Shown here: positions 58,193 through 64,000 of the stretch, piece by piece
Layout: every line of letters begins with the position of its first letter
Numbering within the stretch: the first letter of the stretch is position 1
Origin: Fibrobacteria bacterium
GTDB lineage: Bacteria; Fibrobacterota; Fibrobacteria; UBA11236
Assembly (NCBI GenBank): GCA_043745805.1
Contig: JAYTSD010000050.1
Coordinates: forward strand, 1-64,000
DNA length: 64,000 nucleotides
Direction: 5' to 3'
Translations under genes and position numbers: made by a program
Notes under the pieces: model-generated
The model's input: only the letters and a program-made list of their open reading frames with translations
Database searches by the model: none
What the model was told of the DNA's origin: nothing

Positions 58193-59491
58193 TTAAGGGG
58201 CGACACTCGCTAAAACTTTATCTACGCGGTGTCCATCCATATCCATTACCTCAAATAAAAATCCTTCTGAGGTAAATTTATCTCCGGCCTTAGGGATTTT
58301 TCCTAAACGAGTCATCACAAAGCCTCCTAAGGTTTGATAATGATTTTCATCTTCATCGGGGAGTTTTTGAATATCCATTAGCTCTTTGAAATCATCGATG
58401 GATTGCATGCCATCTATTAACCAAGAACCATCGTCGCGCTGTATCGCTTCGGGATCCGTAGGTTGCCCATGTGAAGTAATTTCGCCTACTAAGTTTTCTA
58501 AAATATCACTTAAGGTCACTAGGCCTTGCAGGCCGCCATATTCATCAATGACTAAAGCAAATTGTACACCGGCTTGCTTAAAAGAATCTAAAGATTTTAA
58601 TACCGGAATAGTTTCGGGAATGGACAGCGCTTTTTTAACATGGAGCTTTAAATTGAATTCTTTTCCCGCTATGCAATCCCCGAATAAATCTTTAACGTGC
58701 ACGAAACCTAAAATTTCATCGAGACTATTACGGCCCACAGGATAACGGGAATAGGGATGAGTGGCTATTTTAGTTTGTATTTCAGTGAGGGGATCGTCCA
58801 AATCTAGCCAGATAATATCGGGACGTGGCGTCATAAGCGAGCGAATGCGCTTTTCATTTAGCCCAATAACATTCTCCACCATATCTTGTTGTGACTCTTC
58901 AAATACGCCAGCCTCAGTGCCTTGGGCAATCATCACATTAATTTCTTCACCCGTAACAGGCGGTTCTTGTGAAGGTTTGCTGCCCAAAATAGTCAGCATA
59001 ACTTTAGTAGAGAAGCCCAAAAAGACCACGAAAGGGTGAATAATCTTTGCCCAAACTTTAATTAATGGCGCCAAGTTAATAGCAATTTTTTCCGCATTAT
59101 TGAGGGCTATATTTTTGGGAACTAAGGCTCCTATGGTAACCTCTAAATAGGTAATACCCAACACAACCAAAAGCATGGAAATCACATAGCTGTAGTGTTG
59201 CAACAAGGGGATGGCATCCACATAGACTTTGACATTTTCGGTTAAGGTCGCGCCTGCTAATGCGCCCGCTAAGGTTCCATTTACCGTCACAGCGATTTGA
59301 ATGGCGGAAAGAAATCGAGCTGGAGAATTCGCTAACTCAAGGGCAACGAGGGCTTTTTTATTGCCTTCATTGCCCCATTGTTGCAACCTTGCTTTACGTG
59401 CAGAAACGAGTGCAATTTCTGCCATTGCGAAAACACCATTCGCCAACATAAGCAGAAAAATGAAAAATATTTGCCATCCAATTGTAGTCAT
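58193..59491 (-). CDS. CNNM/CBS/CorC-domain (hemolysin-family) transporter
   Basis: NGVFAMAEIALVS, MTPR, YSRYPV, VIDEYGG, YQTLGGF. Confidence 0.93.
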   Translation of the reverse strand: MTTIGWQIFFIFLLMLANGVFAMAEIALVSARKARLQQWGNEGNKKALVALELANSPARFLSAIQIAVTVNGTLAGALAGATLTENVKVYVDAIPLLQHYSYVISMLLVVLGITYLEVTIGALVPKNIALNNAEKIAINLAPLIKVWAKIIHPFVVFLGFSTKVMLTILGSKPSQEPPVTGEEINVMIAQGTEAGVFEESQQDMVENVIGLNEKRIRSLMTPRPDIIWLDLDDPLTEIQTKIATHPYSRYPVGRNSLDEILGFVHVKDLFGDCIAGKEFNLKLHVKKALSIPETIPVLKSLDSFKQAGVQFALVIDEYGGLQGLVTLSDILENLVGEITSHGQPTDPEAIQRDDGSWLIDGMQSIDDFKELMDIQKLPDEDENHYQTLGGFVMTRLGKIPKAGDKFTSEGFLFEVMDMDGHRVDKVLASVAP

Positions 59492-59636
59492 GGCCCTAAA
59501 TAAGAAAAAACGCTAACAAGTTGCAAATGCTCAGGCCACTTTAACCGCATAAATACCGCTTTTTGCTATTATTAACCCTCATTTTTAAGCTTGTAACAGC
59601 CGCTTCGCCTAAATTTGGGGGAGCGAGAGGATATTT

Positions 59637-61442
59637 ATGCATAGTTATCGTTCACATACTTGCGGTCAATTACGAAAACACCAAGTGGGAGAAACCGTTC
59701 GTTTGTCGGGATGGGTATTCCGCAAAAGAGATCATGGGCATTTTGTCTTTATTGATTTACGTGATCATTATGGAATTACCCAATTGGTTTTTCATCCCGA
59801 ACGCGAGTTTTTTGAACAAGCCAGCAAGTTACGTTACGAAAGTGTGATTACTATCACAGGAAAAGTGATTGCGCGTGACCCTGCAACGATAAATCCAAAT
59901 ATGCCCACGGGTGAATTGGAAATAGTAGTAGATGAATTAATTATACAGTCCATAGCGGAGCCGTTGCCTTTGATGGTAGATGGAAAAGACGATGGTCCCG
60001 AAGATACTCGCCTCACCTATCGCTTTTTGGATTTGCGTCGCGAACGCTTACATGCGAATATTTTGTTGCGCTCCAAAATTATTGCAAGTTTACGTCGTCG
60101 CATGATTGAACAAGATTTTACGGAATTTCAAACACCGATTTTAACCAGTAGCTCTCCCGAAGGCGCACGTGACTTTTTGGTGCCAAGCCGCATGCATCCG
60201 GGACAGTTTTATGCTTTGCCACAAGCTCCGCAACAATTCAAACAATTATTGATGGTGGCGGGCTTCGATCGTTATTTTCAAGTGGCTCCTTGCTTCCGTG
60301 ATGAAGATGCACGTGCGGATAGATCGCCGGGAGAATTTTATCAACTCGATATCGAAATGTCTTTTGTGACGCAAGACGATGTTTTTGCTGCGGTGGAAAA
60401 AGTGATTCATGGCGTGTTTACGGAATTTTCTACTCGCAAAGTCGATGATATAGCTTTCCGCCGTGTACCTTACGCCGAATCGATGTTGAAATATGGTTCC
60501 GATAAACCCGATTTACGCATCCCTATTGAAATTCGCGATGTGTCCCAACTATTTGCCAACAGTAATTTTAATGCTTTTAAAGCAGCGGTGAATCAAGGTG
60601 CCGTAGTACGCGCCATTCCCGCTAAAGGGGTAGCGGACAAGCCACGTAGCTTCTTTGATAAGCTGGGTGAGTTTGCTCAAGGTATTGGATCCAAAGGTTT
60701 AGCTTATTTGGTTTGGGCGGATGACGAAGCCGTAAAAACCAATACCCCTAAAGGCCCTCTAGCCAAATTTTTAACTCCCGAACAATTGGAAGCGCTTCGC
60801 CTTCAATGTGAAGTGGGTAAAGGCGATGCCGTATTTTTTGTTTGCGACAAAAAAGAAGTTGCTCCCAAAATTGCGGGTCAAATTCGCGTGAAGTTGGCCA
60901 AGGATTTAGAATTAATTGAAAAAGATGTTTTCCGTTTTTGTTGGATTGTAGATTTCCCTATGTTCGAATGGGACGAAGAAAATAAAGCGGTAGCTTTTTC
61001 ACACAATCCTTTCTCTATGCCGCAAGGAGGCATGGAAGCTTTATTGCATCAAGATCCTTTAACCATTCTTGCTTATCAATATGATATCGTTTGTAATGGT
61101 TATGAACTTTCGAGTGGCGCTATTCGTAATCATCAACCCGAAATTATGTATAAGGCTTTTGAAATTGCCGGTTACGGTCCTGAAGTGGTGGATCAAAAAT
61201 TCGGGGGTATGATTAAAGCCTTTAAACTTGGCGCTCCTCCGCATGGTGGTATAGCTCCGGGTATTGATCGCATCGTGATGTTATTGGCCGATGAAGCAAA
61301 TATTCGTGAAGTGATTGCTTTCCCTATGAATCAAAAAGCGCAAGATTTATTAATGGGTGCGCCGGGACATGTGAACGAAAAGCAATTGCGTGAATTGCAT
61401 ATTCAAATTGATCCGAAAGTACTTGCGAAAAAAGACGCGTAG
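59637..61442 (+). CDS. aspS: Aspartate--tRNA ligase
   Basis: [49 protein letters not shown]. Confidence 0.98.
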   Translation: MHSYRSHTCGQLRKHQVGETVRLSGWVFRKRDHGHFVFIDLRDHYGITQLVFHPEREFFEQASKLRYESVITITGKVIARDPATINPNMPTGELEIVVDELIIQSIAEPLPLMVDGKDDGPEDTRLTYRFLDLRRERLHANILLRSKIIASLRRRMIEQDFTEFQTPILTSSSPEGARDFLVPSRMHPGQFYALPQAPQQFKQLLMVAGFDRYFQVAPCFRDEDARADRSPGEFYQLDIEMSFVTQDDVFAAVEKVIHGVFTEFSTRKVDDIAFRRVPYAESMLKYGSDKPDLRIPIEIRDVSQLFANSNFNAFKAAVNQGAVVRAIPAKGVADKPRSFFDKLGEFAQGIGSKGLAYLVWADDEAVKTNTPKGPLAKFLTPEQLEALRLQCEVGKGDAVFFVCDKKEVAPKIAGQIRVKLAKDLELIEKDVFRFCWIVDFPMFEWDEENKAVAFSHNPFSMPQGGMEALLHQDPLTILAYQYDIVCNGYELSSGAIRNHQPEIMYKAFEIAGYGPEVVDQKFGGMIKAFKLGAPPHGGIAPGIDRIVMLLADEANIREVIAFPMNQKAQDLLMGAPGHVNEKQLRELHIQIDPKVLAKKDA

Positions 61443-61475
61443 TTGTAGGGGCACAACATTTTGTGCCCCTACAAC
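61442..61475. repeat. GTAG-type REP palindrome
   Basis: GTTGTAGGGGCACAA-CATT-TTGTGCCCCTACAAC. Confidence 0.9.
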
Positions 61476-63703
61476 CTTATTCTCTTCAAACGCAAACTAT
61501 TCGTTAATACAAAAACACTACTCAATCCCATCGCTGCTGCGGCAAGCATGGGATTGAGTTGCCAATTGAGCCAAGGTGCAAAGGCTCCCGCGGCAACGGG
61601 AATTAATAAAACGTTATAAGCAAAAGCCCAAAACAAATTCATTTTAAGCGTGCGCATCACTTGTTTCGCTAAGCGAATTCCTTTTGCAAGAGTGCGTAAA
61701 TCATCGGACATTAAAATAATATCTCCCGATTCAATGGCTAAATCCGAACCTTTGCCCATGGCTATGCCTACATGGGCTTTGACTAAAGCGGGAGCGTCAT
61801 TAATACCGTCGCCAGCGAAAGCCACTTTTTTTCCTTGTTGATGGAATTCTGCTAAAATATTTGCTTTGTCTTGGGGTAAGATTTGCGCGCGAAAATGGGC
61901 AATGCCTACTTGTTGTGCGATGGCTTTGGCGGTGGCCTCTTGGTCACCAGTTAACATCCAAGTTTCTAATCCCATTTGCTTAAAGGTTTTAATCGCTTCC
62001 ACGCTTCCTTCCTTTAAAGCATCGGCAATACTAAAAAGGCCGACCATTTTTCCATCTACCGCTAAACAAAAAACCGATTGATTTTGTTGCATTAAGCTTC
62101 GCATCTCTTCTTCGAAAATCGAGGCTTTGTCCGTTTGGGTTTGAATCCATGACGGAGATCCTAAGAGAACTTTTTGATTATGGATTTCTCCTTGTACCCC
62201 TTTTCCTGGAATAGCAATAAAGGCATTCACTTCGGGTAAAGAAATATTTTCTTTTTGTGCGGCTTGTAGAATGGCGCGCGCAAGCGGATGTTCACTATGC
62301 TTTTCCAATCCTGCCGCTAAAGTTAATAGTGCAGACCTATTCCAACCCGTAACAGGTAGAATACTTGTAACTATGGGATGACCTTGGGTTAAAGTACCGG
62401 TTTTATCTAGGGCTAAGGTATCTACTTCACTTAAGTTTTGTAAAGCCATGCCATTTCTTATCACCAAACCGAGTTCTGCCGCTTTACCCGTGCCTACCAA
62501 AATGGCTGTGGGAGTGGCTAAGCCCATGGCACAAGGGCAGGCTATAACTAATACAGCCACGGTATGGACTAGTGCTGGAATGATTGAAGGCTTAGGCCCG
62601 AACATAAACCAAGCGATAAAAGTGAGAATGGCGATAGCTAAAACAATGGGTGTAAAAACCATTACCACTTTATCGACTTTATCTTGTATAGGTGGTTTGG
62701 AGAGTTGAGCCTCTTCCACCATACGAATAATTTGTGACAAAACCGTATGCTTGCCTAAACGTTCCACACGAAATGTGAAATATCCATTTTGATTTTGCGT
62801 CGCTCCAATTACCGATGCACCAATTGTTTTGGAAACAGCTTTTACTTCACCACTGATCATACTTTCATCGACATAAATTTCGCCGGAAAGAATAATTCCA
62901 TCGGTGGGAATTTTTTCACCCGGTTTAACCGCAATGGTATCTCCAATTTGCAAATTCTCGATGGCGATATCGGATTCGATTCCATTGCGAATTACATGCG
63001 CCGTTTTAGCTTGCAATTCCAAAAGTTTTTGTATGGCCGCTTGGCTGCGCCCTTTGCTTTTGGCTTCCAGCATTTTACCCAATAAAATCAGAGTTATAAC
63101 TACGGCCGCCGCTTCATAATAAACATGCCTTGCCTCAATGGGAAATAATTGCGGTAATAAAGTCACTAATAAACTATAGCCATAGGCCGCGCCAGTGCCA
63201 GTCATGACGAGGCTATTCATATTCGGACTTAAATCCACATAAGCGCGCCAACCGGAACGAAAAAATCTTTTGCCCGGCCAAAACAAAACCGGCGTGGCCA
63301 AAGCGAGTTGTAGGAATTGCCAAAAAGCCATGGAAGGTTGCAAATGCATTTGCCAAGCCATAAAACTAGGATGCAACATGGGTAACATAGCGATGACTAA
63401 TAAGGGTAAACTAAAAAATAAGGCGATTTGGAAATCTTCTTTTAAAGCCAAATATTCTTTTTGCATGGCCACTTTTGGATCGAGTCCTGGCGCAGAAGCT
63501 TTATAACCAGCCTTTTCAATGCTCTGATATAAAGCGGGCAATTGCACTATCTCGGATTTGAATTTTACCGAAGCTTGCCCTGTTACCAAATTCACACGCG
63601 CTTCTTCCACACCCTGTGTTTTTTTCAAAGCGCGCTCAATACGACCTACGCAATTGGCGCAGGTCATCCCTTCGACTTGTATTTCAGCGGTACTTGAGGA
63701 CAT
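61469..63703 (-). CDS. copA: Copper-translocating P1B-type ATPase
   Basis: GMTCANC HMA domain, ISGE, ACPCA, DKTGT, SEHP, GDGINDAPA, YN...MGLSS. Confidence 0.95.
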   Translation of the reverse strand: MSSSTAEIQVEGMTCANCVGRIERALKKTQGVEEARVNLVTGQASVKFKSEIVQLPALYQSIEKAGYKASAPGLDPKVAMQKEYLALKEDFQIALFFSLPLLVIAMLPMLHPSFMAWQMHLQPSMAFWQFLQLALATPVLFWPGKRFFRSGWRAYVDLSPNMNSLVMTGTGAAYGYSLLVTLLPQLFPIEARHVYYEAAAVVITLILLGKMLEAKSKGRSQAAIQKLLELQAKTAHVIRNGIESDIAIENLQIGDTIAVKPGEKIPTDGIILSGEIYVDESMISGEVKAVSKTIGASVIGATQNQNGYFTFRVERLGKHTVLSQIIRMVEEAQLSKPPIQDKVDKVVMVFTPIVLAIAILTFIAWFMFGPKPSIIPALVHTVAVLVIACPCAMGLATPTAILVGTGKAAELGLVIRNGMALQNLSEVDTLALDKTGTLTQGHPIVTSILPVTGWNRSALLTLAAGLEKHSEHPLARAILQAAQKENISLPEVNAFIAIPGKGVQGEIHNQKVLLGSPSWIQTQTDKASIFEEEMRSLMQQNQSVFCLAVDGKMVGLFSIADALKEGSVEAIKTFKQMGLETWMLTGDQEATAKAIAQQVGIAHFRAQILPQDKANILAEFHQQGKKVAFAGDGINDAPALVKAHVGIAMGKGSDLAIESGDIILMSDDLRTLAKGIRLAKQVMRTLKMNLFWAFAYNVLLIPVAAGAFAPWLNWQLNPMLAAAAMGLSSVFVLTNSLRLKRIRL

Positions 63704-63965
63704 CCATTAACTCCTTAACCATAGCATCAGCTTCTTTATGTTTGGAAGCTTGGGCCACATGATTCACTAAATGTCCTTCCAATATGACATCATTAGCTTT
63801 CGCCAAGCTTCCCATTACGGCTTTAACTTGCTTCATCACATCGACGCAATAAATTTCAGGATTCTCAAGCATACGCGCAATAGCATCTAAATGGCCTTTT
63901 GCCACCTTAATGCGTTTGGCGGCTTCTAAGCGTGGTGCTTCGGGCATACATAAATGTTTATGCAT
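63684..63965 (-). CDS. csoR: CsoR-family copper-sensing repressor
   Basis: KGHLDAIARMLE...YCVDVMKQVKAV...GHLVNHV; adjacent to copA. Confidence 0.9.
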   Translation of the reverse strand: MHKHLCMPEAPRLEAAKRIKVAKGHLDAIARMLENPEIYCVDVMKQVKAVMGSLAKANDVILEGHLVNHVAQASKHKEADAMVKELMDVLKYR

Positions 63966-64000
63966 TAGTTTTCCTTTATGAATTCGGCTTGATAGCCTTC

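Overview
Bacterial chromosomal window of moderately low GC, most likely from a member of Fibrobacterota. This is inferred from a TIGR02147-type gene followed by a lipoprotein, and from several secreted proteins ending in a T9SS-like C-terminal sorting domain. Most of the window is housekeeping: pgi, lysC, nadE, dacB, moaD/moaE/mqnC, mgtE, tcdA, secDF, rlmN, lpxB, aspS, copA/csoR and tRNA-His, plus a signalling cluster (histidine kinase, sigma-54 activator, CHASE2 Ser/Thr kinase, FHA-GAF cyclase). Two accessory toxin regions stand out. (1) 1-2.5 kb is an array of start-less orphan RHS toxin tips with putative immunity genes. (2) 15.6-20.2 kb is an array of toxin-antitoxin/Fic cassettes separated by four copies of a non-coding repeat, with IS3-family debris. 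Both regions are delimited by the same GGGG(A)...TACA / TGTA...(T)CCCC motif family, including an exact 14-mer (ATGGGGGGATTACA) present three times. This suggests a REP-like, possibly HUH-transposase-driven cassette capture or shuffling platform; no such enzyme is encoded in the window. Two GTAG-type REP palindromes supply the stop codons of nadE and copA. All family assignments come from motif recognition by eye; no database searches were run.
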